Source: Dimorphilus gyrociliatus
Taxonomy: Eukaryota; Animalia; Annelida
Direction: 5' to 3'
DNA length: 64,000 bases
Assembly (NCBI GenBank): GCA_904063045.1
Contig: CAJFCJ010000003.1
Coordinates: forward strand, 1,550,001 to 1,614,000
Position numbers and translations under genes: made by a program. The notes under the pieces were generated by a model, which saw only the letters and a list, made by a program, of their open reading frames with translations, was not told where the DNA came from and made no database searches. This document shows positions 48,850-61,924 of this stretch, one piece after another; the first letter of the stretch is position 1, and each line of letters begins with the position of its first letter.

Positions 48850-51800
48850 GTAAGTACACTTATAATAAAGCAATAAGCAAGGTATACTGTATAAATAGTA
48901 TACTGTAAACGTATGCTATAAATTTAGCGGAATATTTGTGTAGTATTCAGTCACAAACTTATCACTAGGAGTGAAATTAATGTATTCAAAGAAAGAGTAT
49001 TGGTCTTATAGATATATCTAATTACACTCGCATAAAAGGCACATTATACACTCATACGCTACATATTGGCAGACTCATCGCTTAGTATGGTCTGAAGAAT
49101 TTACAGTTTATGAATATTTCTATCTTTATGATTACTTTGGGTGCTTTTCAATGACTCTCATATTTTTTTAATATCCCTTTTATAGGATATTAAACTTTAA
49201 AGTAGAAAGTATGTCAATGGGATATTTAATAGATAATGATGAATTAGAATGAGAATCATTGTGTGCAATTACTAAGAATAAACGAATAGGAAACATGCTA
49301 GGTAGGTTTCTTCAAAATTACAGATTTGTATTCTGTAGTTATCTTTTTAATTATTTTTTATGGAGAGTATTTAGTTTTACAATTTATTTGGTTTTGTTCA
49401 CAATTCAGAGTGAGAATTATTTATTCACATGCTTAAAAATATGTCTGGCCTCATGCACATTAAAATAGTATAATTAAAAAGTGTAAAAAAAACATATATT
49501 ATTTAGATTTTTATCTTATTGTTTATTAACAAGATTGATTGGCGAATGAATACATCATTTCCCTTTCTCTGTAAATGAACCCACAGCGTTAATGTGAACT
49601 TAATGTAGCAGAATGTAAAGCTAATACTAGATAATTAAACTCTTGTACGATGTTGTTCTACTTGTTTGGTACAAATTATTTATTAGATTTTTATATGTAT
49701 TTATTAATTAGCAATAGCGTCTTTTTAAAAGGAAAGTGTGGAAACCTTAATCGTTTAACCTAATTTAAGGGAAATGAAAGATGAAAGCTTGTTAATGTTT
49801 AAATAGGAAGTATCATCAAATAACTTAAGATAATTAGTTGAGGTATCACTCCATGATATGAATGACCTATCGAACTTTTGATGGAATAAAAAAGATTTCT
49901 TCTTCTGAAAAGTATGTGAGTAGTTCTGCAAACCTACAAAAAAACCTTCTGCTTGCCAAACTAATTTAGATTTCATCGGGCGTCTGAAAGATCATCAAGG
50001 TTAAACTAGTGGCCAAAAACGTTTAAAGGAAAAAATTACTACTGTCTGACATGAATAGACTCTCACAACTATCACAGTCTTCCTTAGAATTAGAAAGCGA
50101 ATATTTCATACGGCCTACAGCAATCACACATGACGTCATAGTCAACTACAAATACGTTAAAGTAAAGTCATTATTGCATCATATGACACCCATAGGGAAA
50201 TTTGTTTATTCCGAAACACGTATGAAAGAATATATGTAGATATTTCGCACGATTGAGCAAACGAAATTAAATCGCTTATAAATATTTATGAACCTATCAA
50301 TTCCCCGTTCTCTAACTATATATACCCGATATATGTTTTATATATATTCTGGGATGTTTCAGCACGAACTTCACGGTTAATTATTAGCTATATAAAGGCC
50401 CTAATTAATTGTTAAGACTTTTACAAACTGTTTCATCTCGTGCATGTTCGTTTTAGTTCGACATTGTTTTCAATTTTGTCACTCTTTTCATGCTTAAGAT
50501 TGCTGCACGATCGTTAAGAAATGATGCAATGTTTGCTATGATGATCAAATTTAGAATTAATTAATTAGTTAATTGCCCATTACAGTCTAATGACTGTATA
50601 CGATATGAAAATATGACAGAATTAGCTGCTGGCATTATTTTACAGCTTTAATTGGAAATTAAGCAGCTTTTGAAATTTTCACAAGCAATGTGTTCATTTT
50701 ATTCTCATGAAAACGCTGTTTTGTGTAAAAATTCTGGATCAGCAAACTGTAAGATGTAAGACAATGTAAGATTAATTTAGAAAAAAAGATTTATAAATTA
50801 AAATTTAGACGATAGTTTGCTATCTATTTGGATTTCCACCTGCTGCAAAGACAAAATCTGGCGCCATATGCTGTAATCGACAGTAAAAAGGTCAAGGACC
50901 TCTAAGATTCTTTTACTCCCTTCCTTATACGCCATTATTAAAAATAGGATTATTTTTTCAAACAGCCCAAAGAGGGTATTGGTTGGAATAATTATAAAAG
51001 TCGCATTGATTGTCGATAAATACATTGCCAATCGATTAGACGCCCTGTGATGCCTTCATAGGGTCCATGTTTTTGGAAAAATATTTCCATTAAAAGGAAC
51101 CCTGAACAAAACTTCAATTCTACCCATACCAAAATTGGCTTTTTACAATCCATTCTCACGCCGATTTCTTTTTTTTTTTGAGGTAAAGAAAAGAAACGTG
51201 AGACAATTACAGATCCTCGAATTTCTCATTACAAGCCCGTCTATGCAGTTTGTCGTATATTGTTTGCCAAGGTCGAAAACGCTTAATGCCGACCCTGGAC
51301 GAAGCCCAGAACTGCTTTTCAATTTCCTGTACAAGTACGGGAATATCGTCTGCATAATAAAGCAAATTAGATTTCGATTTAGATCGAACCGGACGACGGT
51401 ATTATTGAGCATCTGTTGCAGTTTTTTTTTTAATTTTCAAGTGCTGCTGAAAAACTGCTGAGGCAATTCTGCATTTTTTAAACATCTGTCGCATACACAA
51501 ACAATTATAGATCGATCCCGTTTTGCATTTTTATACTCCCACAACATTTAGACAGCTATATACATTATATGTATATTTATTGTGCATAATATATACTTTA
51601 AACATAGTATATATAAATAAATATTTAAAGTAGTATATTTCTATGCATCATAAATATACAGAAGACATATATATGTGTAAATATGTAAAGTGTGCGTACT
51701 GCTTCCATTTGACTGAAAGACTCTTGACACAGTCTGCAATACTGTATCTAAAAACTAAAGTAACCGACATCATGTTACTTTATACGAATACAGAAAGGGA

Positions 51801-53635
51801 ATCGTGTGTGCTTCGACATTCACTTTGCTTCCGTTTCCGAATAATCTTTCAACACTACAAGACAAAAGGCTTTATTTTCTAGTTCAATAGATCAGCATTT
51901 AACAAGTTATTCGTCTGCAGAGGTTTAGTTTCAGTGTTATTCCTTGAGGTGGGGTCATTTAGAGAGAAAGAGTGATGCTATTTTCTTTCCTAATTTAGTT
52001 TTTCCTCTTATGTATTACCTATTAGGAAATTTCATTGATTTTCCTCGTTGCTTTTTTTTGTTTTCCATTTTTAATTATGAACATACGGGTTCATTTAAAT
52101 GAGCAAAGGTAAAATTAACACGTTTGATGCATCTCTTCTAATCAATCATATAATTGGGATTTGCTCTACTATTAACGTTCTTCAGGTTATATTAGGGGAA
52201 AAAGAGGAGATGAACTTTTTTAATTAATCTCTTTTGTATAATAGAATTTTATATACAAATATACATTAATGTTAAGTATTATTTAAGAACATAAAATGAC
52301 AATTTGATTGGACCCTTTCATCTCAGTTAAAGACAACTGCTGAGAATATAAATTAGAAGAGAGCCGGCTTATATACTCTTAACGAGTATCCTTTTGGAAC
52401 TATTCTATAGACTTTTTCTTAACCTGGTTAAAAGATTACCCTAGATGCCTAAAGTTTACAATCACTTTAAAAGCTGTTGTTATATTCAAGTGCTTCAATT
52501 GAAGCTATTCCAATATTTTCTTTTTTACAATGGAAATACCAGCCAATAGCTCAATAAGAAAACACTTCGTCTATTGATTACAAACTAGTAAACCATCTCT
52601 AGTTTATAATCGATGCGTTTCTCGAGATATAAATCCGATTAAAATTCTACATAGGCCTCAAAGTAACCCACAAGTTTGCAGATCAGATAGGCAACACGTT
52701 TAATGCGCTTTCTACAATCTCGTTAAAAAAAATATTTGAATGAAAAAGATGCAGGCGGAAATATTTTACTAATTAAATTGGAAGGCGGAGTTGGAATGAC
52801 AAACGACCTTTTGCATTAGGCCTAATTGCCGTTCTCACGAATCTTATAGTACTTTTGCAAACAGCTCTATCTTTTTATACGCATTTATTGCTGAATGTTT
52901 GATAAAGACGTATATAATTGTTGTGAGATAATGCGAAAATGCAGTTGCCGACTGCAAAGAGAACCCGTAGGCCAACCGCAAAAAATTCTAACTCGATTTT
53001 TTTGTCTGGCGTCTGCTTAAACAAAGAAAGAAAAAGAAAGGCCTCAGGAGAAAATTTTGCCTAGACCTAATCAATATATCGGGGGTCGGCCGTCAACGTA
53101 AATACATAGCAAAGGGAGAAAAACGAGCATCTGTTTTTCGCTAATTTATAGCCCAGATAAATTATACACATATACGATATATAGGACTACTTTACTTTTT
53201 TTCTCTTTTTTCTTTTTTTTCTTTTTTTATAGAATTTTCATTTATATGTGCTTTGTGTACAGAAACTTTTTTGTACAGTTTATCTTTACTTATACATTTT
53301 ATAGAATAATAACAATAATAATAGCTTGAGTGTAAGAAAGCAGCCACAATTTTCTTGTCGATTAATGCAAAGCTGCTAGCCAGCTCTCGGCCTATTTATA
53401 GACTTAATATATGTAAAAACCGTAGCGAGGCTGCAAATCAAAATGACAGAAACAGAGAGAAGAAATGGGTGAATTGACGTTTGGCAACATATTCTGTTAG
53501 ACTTAGGCGTGACTAGAATACACGATTTGTTAGTAGATGGCGCCCAATACAAATTAAAAATTTCTTATTTTACTATTAACACTAATAGTCCTTTTTCTTT
53601 TTTTCTCTACTCAAAAAAAAAATGACCAACAATAG

Positions 53636-55899
53636 CGAAATTGGATAGTGTGAAGACGTACATGACGTTGCGAAGAGTGCCTTTAAGACTGCAGGATCGA
53701 GTGATTAAATGGTTCGATTATTTGTGGCTCAGTAAGAAGTCGTCGAACGAAGAATCGACGCTCAACCTCCTACCGGACAAGCTCAAAGCGGAAATCGCCC
53801 TTCACGTTCATCTAGATACTTTAAAGAGGGTTGAAATCTTCCAGAATACGGAAGCTGGTTTCCTTTGCGAACTTGTTCTAAAACTTCGACCTGTACTGTT
53901 CTCACCCGGAGACTACATATGTAGAAAAGGTAAGCCTAGATTTAAGAATATAATTATAAAAAATTCCATTGTATACGGTACTCATTCCACGCAAATCCAT
54001 TTAGATTTATTTCGATTTACAACCTAATATCAAAAATAGCAACCGTGCACATACAGCATGTGTTAATTCAAAATATTACAATCTAATTTATTAAAAAAAT
54101 AGTTTAAATTAGTTTGCAAATTGATAATTGATTAAGGTGACAAATCATGAAATTTCATTTGGATACCATGTAGAATACAATTTACTCTACCAAAAAAGGC
54201 TGGAATCTCACTCTCTTTTAACCTGTTCTGCTCCCTTTTTTACCAGGAAAATTTTATTTTCCTTCAAAGGTTAAGGAACTCTTGACTTTTAGCCAATCCC
54301 GTTAGACTGCTAAGCGTTCCGTAGGTCGTCTAATTGACTGATTTTATAGATTGGCGCAGAAAGGCGGTCGCCGTGGTGCATTTCCCTACGACAATTCAGT
54401 AAAATGCAATGTTTTCTGATTGATTTTTTGTAATTAAATTTTTACACTTATTTTTATTTATTTATTTTTTAATTACATATACTCATTTACTCTTGTTTGT
54501 CAACAAATAGGCGAAGTTGGGAAAGAGATGTATATTGTAAGCAGAGGTCGTTTACAAGTCGTCGCTGATAACGGAAAGACAGTTTTAGCGACCTTGCGAC
54601 CTGGAAGCTATTTCGGGGAGATATCAATTCTAAATATGGGAAATGCCGGTAATAGAAGAACAGCGTCGGTAAAATCAGTCGGATATTCCGACTTGTTTGT
54701 TCTCAGCAAAAATGATTTGTGGGAAGTCTTGAAGGACTATCCGGCGGCAAGGGTTAGATTGGAGGCTATCGCTGTTAAGCGATTAGAAAAATATAAGAAA
54801 CAACCACTGGAGAACAAAGGCGATGATACAAAAGGTAAATATATCGAGGAAGACTTCGGAAAAAATAAAAAAATAAAAAAGAGGTTGAAGAAAAGCAGAA
54901 AATGTATACTAGTGTATGCGAGTGTATGTGTGAGTGAGTGAGAGCGAGGGTGTAAGTAGATGTGTAAGGGGAAAAAATAGAAATGAAGAAAAAAGCGAAA
55001 TAAGACGGTAAATGAATGCAGAAAAGACCACAATGAGAGGATAGATAGATACTGCGTATAATAAGCTTACCTACCGGGTTTTAATACATTAATACGTAAA
55101 TGGTGTAATGATAATCATGATACACAAAAAATTAACATTCATGAAAAAAAGCTAACAAAGTAGGCCGTTTATAGGGCTTTTTCTTTTATAATTTCTTTCA
55201 TGAGGTACTTCATTTCTGTCAGCCTTATCACGAAGTAAAAGTACTCCAGGATTGGTAGAATCCTCTGGAAAAACGCCGATAGAAGTGATAGCAATGATGC
55301 CAAAGCACCATACTCTACCTCCAGCTCTCCTTAAACAAAGGAATTCACAAGGTTCAACTCATTCGGCACCAGTTTCAACGCCTTGTGTTTTTATAGAAAA
55401 TGAGAAGGTCGGAGAAAAGTTATCTAAAGAGGAACACCTGGCAGTAGCGGATGGAGCGTCAAGTTCTAACAAACAATCACCTTCTCCTTGTGTAACCATT
55501 ATACCAACAACACCGGATAATGACGCTCATTTAACTTATGCTCAACCGGCCTTTTTCCAACCTCTTTCCTTTGCCCAATCGGATCATGTACCTCTTGTAG
55601 GAGTAAGATCCGTTTCACCCTCCGGCTATCTTACAACACCCGTAATCGGTTATTCTGGACTACCTCAACAGCAGCAACCTCAACAGCAACAGCAACAGCA
55701 ACCAGAGAATTTACTTGTTGAACTTACGCGATTAAGAGAAAGGTTGCAAACTCTTGAAGCAGAGAATGCGACTATGTCGCACAAACTTAATCAGCAAAAT
55801 TGGAACGTTCAACAGCGCTTGAACGAAATAGAAATGCATATTTGCGGTTCAGAGGATAGCACTTCTAGTGATCCCCCAAATAGAGAATCAGTTATTTAG
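53636..55899 (+). CDS. CNGA: CNG channel exons 2-4 (53636-53929, 54511-54834, 55223-55899): C-linker, cyclic-nucleotide-binding domain, C-terminal coiled coil (whole protein about 851 aa)
   Basis: [32 protein letters not shown] and YFGEISIL...GNRRTASV motifs. Canonical phase-1 introns; [13 protein letters not shown] after the last junction; polyQ followed by [15 protein letters not shown]. Confidence 0.95.
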
Positions 55900-56389
55900 T
55901 ATAAATTTATAATCATTATAAATAAATAATAGAATTAATAATAATTTAATTAATGTAAATAATGAAGTTTACAAGCTAACATGTACCTAAAACGCAAACA
56001 AAAACGTATTTAAAAGTTAATTGTTTCTCTTTTTAAACAACTAAATATGTTTGTTTTTTTGTTTTTCTATGAGAAAACAATCATTCCATTATTGTAAATA
56101 TGCTTCTCCATCGACCCTTTTTATTGTTTGTTCAATCAATACAACTGTATAACAGTCGTTCAACTCTTAATCTTTAGGGATTAAGGGATAGGACGGCCTA
56201 GCTGAAACGTTTTATCAGCGTTTCGGTGTTAGTTCGGTTCTAGACAGAAATACTGCTGCTTTTAGAGAGCTAGTGAGTAACATTCATCCTAGAAAATATG
56301 TAACACGCAGTTAACACATAGTTAAAATTTATTTTATATATTTTCTTATTAGCACATGCTGAAAATAAACAAATTTATAAATATATACT

Positions 56390-56466
56390 GTATATATATA
56401 TATATATATATACAGTATATTAGTATATGTACAGTATATACACACATATATATATATATTTATATT
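56390..56466. repeat. Interrupted (TA)n tract between the convergent 3' ends of the CNG and GLB1L2-like genes
   Basis: Direct reading. Confidence 0.8.
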
Positions 56467-56556
56467 TATATTATCATTAAATCACTTCCATTACTGCAAA
56501 TAAGCTACTGCTCTATCAACTCATTTGGTATTTGTTTAATCGATAGTGGATATTGA

Positions 56557-59500
56557 CTAATCGGTACACGGTCTTAAACAACACCAAAGGCAAGGACCAA
56601 GACACAGTAGAGGTCGAAGCAAACGAATTTTGAGGCGCTCTCGAGGAGGAACATCTGTTCTGTGGACGATTTCTGTTCCCAACTCGGTTTCAGCGTAGAA
56701 GGCTAAATCTTTGCCTGATATCGGCGACGATTCAAAGACGATCAATGAATTTTCTCCCTCCTTTAATAAAGGAGCTGGAAGGTAAAGTTTTTTTTGTGGT
56801 CCGACTTTCCAATATCGACCCAGATTGAATCCATTAACGAATAAGCAACCCTTAGTAAAGTCAGGTAATTCGATGAAAGTGTCTGCATCCGGTTTATCGT
56901 TCAAGGTTAGTGTAGCCAAACAGAAGTGGCTGCATCCAACATTATCTTTCTTTGAAATTTCGACTGCCTTCCAGCCGTCTTTTTTTTCTAGCAATCTGTA
57001 GTTAAAGAGAAATACGGCAATTAACTTAGAAGAAGAGTTATTATCCCTGAAACAGAAATGAGTTAAATGAAAGAAAATCATTTGCCCTAAAAAATTTCAC
57101 TCTATTTAGCGATGATCATTGAAGTACGAAACCTGATAAGCAAAATTAATAATTCTTGCATAAGGCTTTTAATAAAAGACCTAAGAGAAATCTAAATTAA
57201 CAATTAAGAAAAAAGAACTTATAACATTTGAAGAGAAAAGAAAAAAAATTAAATTATAAATGAAATAACATTTAGGTTGAATAAATTTAAACAAAAATGA
57301 AAAACACACTCGTTTATAAAATCGCTTTCCATTTCCAGGGGATAAATCAACCAATTTAGAACAACCTCCGAGTCGGCATAGACATTTCCTCTCAACCCTG
57401 AATAGTTGAAGAAATCTGTTGCCGCCTAATTTGAGAAATAAAATCAGATTGCTTACCTTTTCTCTGATCATTTAGCAACGAACTATTGAAGCCGCAGTAA
57501 TTCACTCTTCCACAATTCTCTACTAATATATCTAATACTTTTTCGACTCCATCTTCTTGTAATTCTAGAACTACGTTTTCTTCCTTACAATCAATATTTC
57601 GGACAAAAAGACCGTCGATCATAACCTGAACGAGGGGGGAAAATAATAGAAAAAATACGGTGCAACCGATTGATAAATCAATAATATACCGTTGCGTAAT
57701 CTCGGATGCCTCCAGATATAGTGACCTTTGACACTCGTTTCGAAATATGGGTTCTATAAAGAACATAACCTAACGATTGCCCAGAATACTTATTTGCTGA
57801 ATGCTTTAGGTTTTCCATTGTTAGAATGGTTTTCGAATTAATAGGCTCAATAAGGCCTATAGCATCGTTGAGGGTTATGTATTTATTTATATTCACTTTC
57901 CCTAAGAAAATACAGTATATTCAATTTTCGTCCAAAAATAAATAGATTAATGCTAGTCTAAATACAAGTGATACAAGAAAAAAAAAGAGAATTGCACGTT
58001 TGGAAATTGAAGAAGCTACATTTCCATCTGCAATACTCAGATACGCTTGCGGATTAACGAAAAATAAGCCGTTATCGTTCTATTGACTATATACGATGTT
58101 TACAGGATATTAAAATAAAATTCTCTTTCTTTCATACTTGTTCTTTTCTTCACTCTCTGCTTTCTTTAACCGATTATGTTTACTTCTTAAATAAATTATT
58201 TACATCACGAAATGTACAGGTTTAGCTTGTTAAGTTTCTTCCTATAATTCATATGGACCGGAATAAGCTTATATATAACATTTATAATATATATATATAT
58301 CATTAGCATCTAAAAATATACGCTTCACAGTTTAAGCAAAAAAAAAATGGAGTTAAAATGCTCAATACCGTAAGATTTCGTTGGAATCGTATTCGGAAAC
58401 GGTGGAAGGTGTTTTGTAACTGAATATGGAGAAGAATTTGTGACGTTTCTCTTGCAACAAATTACCTATATATTATCTAACCGTCTTTGGGGCAAATTTC
58501 TTTCAAGACTTTTTCGACTATGTCGTACTTTAAATTGCGATCTCCGTTTTCAGAAAGTGGAGCATTGTAGTCTGAAAAAAAGCGCTTTTACTATCTGCTA
58601 CCAAATTTTCTTAGCCTCCTTCCAACCATAGCTAGTGACATCTGGTGCGTAGTTCATTGCCTCTTGTTCGTTAGTTGCCGACAATTCCTCGTTGGCACCA
58701 TTCCAAAAACCAAAATTTGAACCACCATGAAACATATAAAAATTCACCGAACTTCCTTCATTCAGAATCCAACGAAGTACTTTTTCAAATTCTGATTTAC
58801 AAAAATAAATTAGAATCAAGCTTTCCCTAGTCTCTACTTTTCCGCCTAAGTAAATTTTCTATTATTTTACTTTATGTCCTTTTACATAGTTAGGAAAAGT
58901 TGACATTTATAGGAAAATTTAACCTTCTGCTGGCCAAACTTCGTGCTTTCCCTTCCAATGATCGAACCACCCTGACCAGAATTCCATTACCATTAACGGC
59001 ATTTTCGGTTGAAGCGAATGCTTCAGATAATGAAATAAAAGTTTCCCATGCTCCAATTCTTGGAAATTAACAGTAGCTAAAATACCGGATAAAGGGCCTT
59101 TCATAATTCCGGCACCGTTGTCCGAAGTAAATAACAGCTCTGTTACTCCTTCTCTTTTCAAGCAGCTCTCTAAAAAATTCGTATAAATTCTGTCTTCTCC
59201 ATATGAGCCGTATTCGTTTTCGATTTGCCAAGCTATGATAGGGCCGTTATTAGATGCTTGTAGATCAACTAATTCCGGTAAGAGGGAAAGGAAATATTTT
59301 TCTACTCTCTCTACAAAAGGCTTATAAGAAGATCTAACTTGCATATAAGGGTCACTCAACAGCCAGCTATATAGGGTGATGAAAGATATGGTAATTAAAG
59401 TAACAGTTATGCAAATATTTATATTCTAATTTCGTTAATTATCATTTGTACCAAAAAAAAACTTCTAAGGTACAATAAATGTACAACAATAGACAAAAAT

Positions 59501-60042
59501 TTACTTAAGGCTTTTAATATCAACCTAGGTAAACCACCAAACTCCCATTCGGCACAAATATAGGGACCAGGCCGGATAATAACCAAAAGATCCAATTCTT
59601 TTGCCAGCATTACAAAACGCCTAATAGAGGGGAATGGGTTAAATAAACGAAATATTGAAATTCAAAAAACCTAATATTCCTCCATCCCTTGAAATCGAAA
59701 TTGTCTCTATGTCTTTCGTGGAAATTCCATGGAATATAACTGATAAAAAATAATGAAAAAGAGAAGCATTCAACTTTCTAAATAGATAAATTAATTAAAT
59801 AAAATTGGTTACGTTTCAACGCAATTTAAACCAGCTGCTTTCAGTCTTATTAGTCTATCTTTCCAATATTCAGGAACAATTCGAAAATAATGGCATGCTC
59901 CACTGAGAATCCGGATTTGCTTCTTCTTAAGAAAAAATTTTCTATTTCTGGCTTCCAAGGCTTAAAATAATTGACAAAAAAAGAATTGATTCCCTAGTGA
60001 TTCACAAAGCGGATGCTACTGAACAAACTCACCTGGGGGCAT
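56557..60042 (-). CDS. GLB1L2: GH35 beta-galactosidase of the GLB1L2/GLB1L3 type; 12 exons (60042-60033, 59960-59813, 59739-59671, 59620-59525, 59366-58924, 58791-58627, 58571-58482, 58419-58369, 57901-57690, 57625-57457, 57397-57310, 56995-56557; 659 aa)
   Basis: [39 protein letters not shown] (acid/base Glu), [11 protein letters not shown] (nucleophile Glu), [19 protein letters not shown] and NLGRYW. All junctions are GT-AG, phases match and the total length is divisible by 3. Confidence 0.95.
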
Positions 60043-61924
60043 TTTAATTCCAAGTTTATTAATGCAAGAAACTTTTTGCTATCAAATATATAAGCTAAAG
60101 GTCTTCCTTTTAACCTATACAATCAAACGGTACAGTGAGACAGTAACATGTATTAAAAATACACAGATAGGCCTGTATCATTCGAAAGGTTGACAGTTAG
60201 ATAAGATTCTTATCTGTTTCGAATTGAAATTGGGCTCCAAAAATAAAGACTGATTTTGACGAGTTGAAATTTTAAATTACGTAAAAGTAAACATTTAAGA
60301 AAATTATCTAAATTTTAAGGGGCTGGGATTGCAGTCAAATCAGATGAGTAAATTGTCTTTTAACCCTAGTGATCTGCAAAGCTAAAGTTAGTCAGTAGGA
60401 AAGCCAGCGGAGCCTTGACGTTCCATTGAATGGTAGCTATGTCCAAAAATCAGTTCCCTTCCCTTTCATATAGCAAGCTTAGAGTAGATTTTTAAACTTC
60501 AAATGCATGGTTTTAACATCTTACGATCTATTACCTTAGGACTACATTTTATCTTCATTTATAAACAATATTACAGACATGTCGATGTGCTCTCAAATAC
60601 AAATAATTTATTCTTTGTCTGATTCACTTTAATAGTTTGTGAAACTCTATGAGCCTCTCATTTTTATACTAGATCTATCAAATTCAAATTATATTTATTC
60701 TATCATCAAGACAGAATTTTCTTTCTTTATTTTTAAAAATGCTAATTTGAGATTTTTTGTGCGATTTCTATGGAGAAGAAATGATTACGAGAGCGTCTTC
60801 AAAGGATATCTCTTTCAAAAGGAGACAGAGACAAGTGAGTACTGAAGTAAATTTTATCACTTTTTCAATTATAGAGTGAGAAAAAAAATTTCTCAACGAA
60901 CTTTCATCTTTCCCGATTATTCAGTTTAAAATTAAGCTTCTTAGTGGAATATGTTTATACATGCTGGCTATACCCCTAAACTTACGTGCCTCTCTCACCT
61001 GAAAAAAGTACTGTGAATGGCAAGTTATTGCAAACCTCCTCAATTATTGATTCACATATTTGTTTCCCTCTATACCTTTTTTCATTAATCATACTTTGTA
61101 CAGGTACAAACATCGTCTTATGCATTTGTTTGCGCATGCGTCGATCAATTTAGCTTTTACATATTCCAGAGCGGTGGACTTTCATAATGCTTTGGCTATG
61201 ACATTGATCTGCTAGAAAAGACCCACATTTACTCTTTTAGATAAATTTACCTTAATTGGAAGAATTTAGAAATTGAAGGTAATAAATTCAATTTCTAAAT
61301 AAGAAAGAGGCAAAGGTGAGACAGACTTTTGAATATTAATATACGGTAACGCAAATACGATAACGAAAGGACAAAATTAGCAAATATCCTTGCCATACAA
61401 AATGTATTTTAAGTCAAATATATTTGACTAAAAAGTAATATTGAACGACATGGATTAGATACCTATAGTTTACGAAAAAAGTGACATTTTTGACACCAGG
61501 ACGTAATTAATTACTATTCATTAAATTTATTTTCAACGTGCTCCATTGAAACAATAATCATGAATCTATTTTCTATTGATCCATTATCTTATTCAATTTC
61601 ATAAAAAAATATTTACAGTTACCAAAACTAAAAAAACAATACAATATAGTTTTGACTACATTCGCAATAAGCTTTATTTTCGGTTGGGTCAAAATTCTTA
61701 AATCGTTATTGTGAAAAAAAATCAATCAATTGGCCAGTAAAATCGGTACCACCTTATATAGCTGATCCTGTTTACAATTCAGTATTAACGATTTTTTGCC
61801 CTACAATGTTTTTAACAGTAACTAGGAGATAAAGGATTAAGGAATATTCTTCAAGAAAGGGATACAACTTATATTTGTATTCTTAATTTCTTCTGCAGAG
61901 TTTCTAAATTAAATGAACTGAGGG

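Noticed and set aside
51135-51461. Overlapping sense/antisense ORFs in CNG intron 1
   Set aside because: Non-ATG starts, no recognisable domain and no splice phases that fit the CNG frame.
52965-52975. aacccgtag, matching the start of miR-100/miR-10 family sequences
   Set aside because: The match stops after 9 nt and there is no precursor hairpin.
56197-56227. Small hairpin ctgaaacg/cgtttcgg in the CNG - GLB1L2 3' intergenic region
   Set aside because: No SECIS core or other known element; only an 8-bp stem with a wobble pair.
1403-58631. Numerous short antisense ORFs overlapping real exons (for example 1403-1594, 3679-3870, 7740-7946, 11454-11648, 30261-30449, 47561-47917, 48548-48829, 54737-55033, 58440-58631)
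   Set aside because: Shadow ORFs of coding sequence on the opposite strand, with no independent signal.
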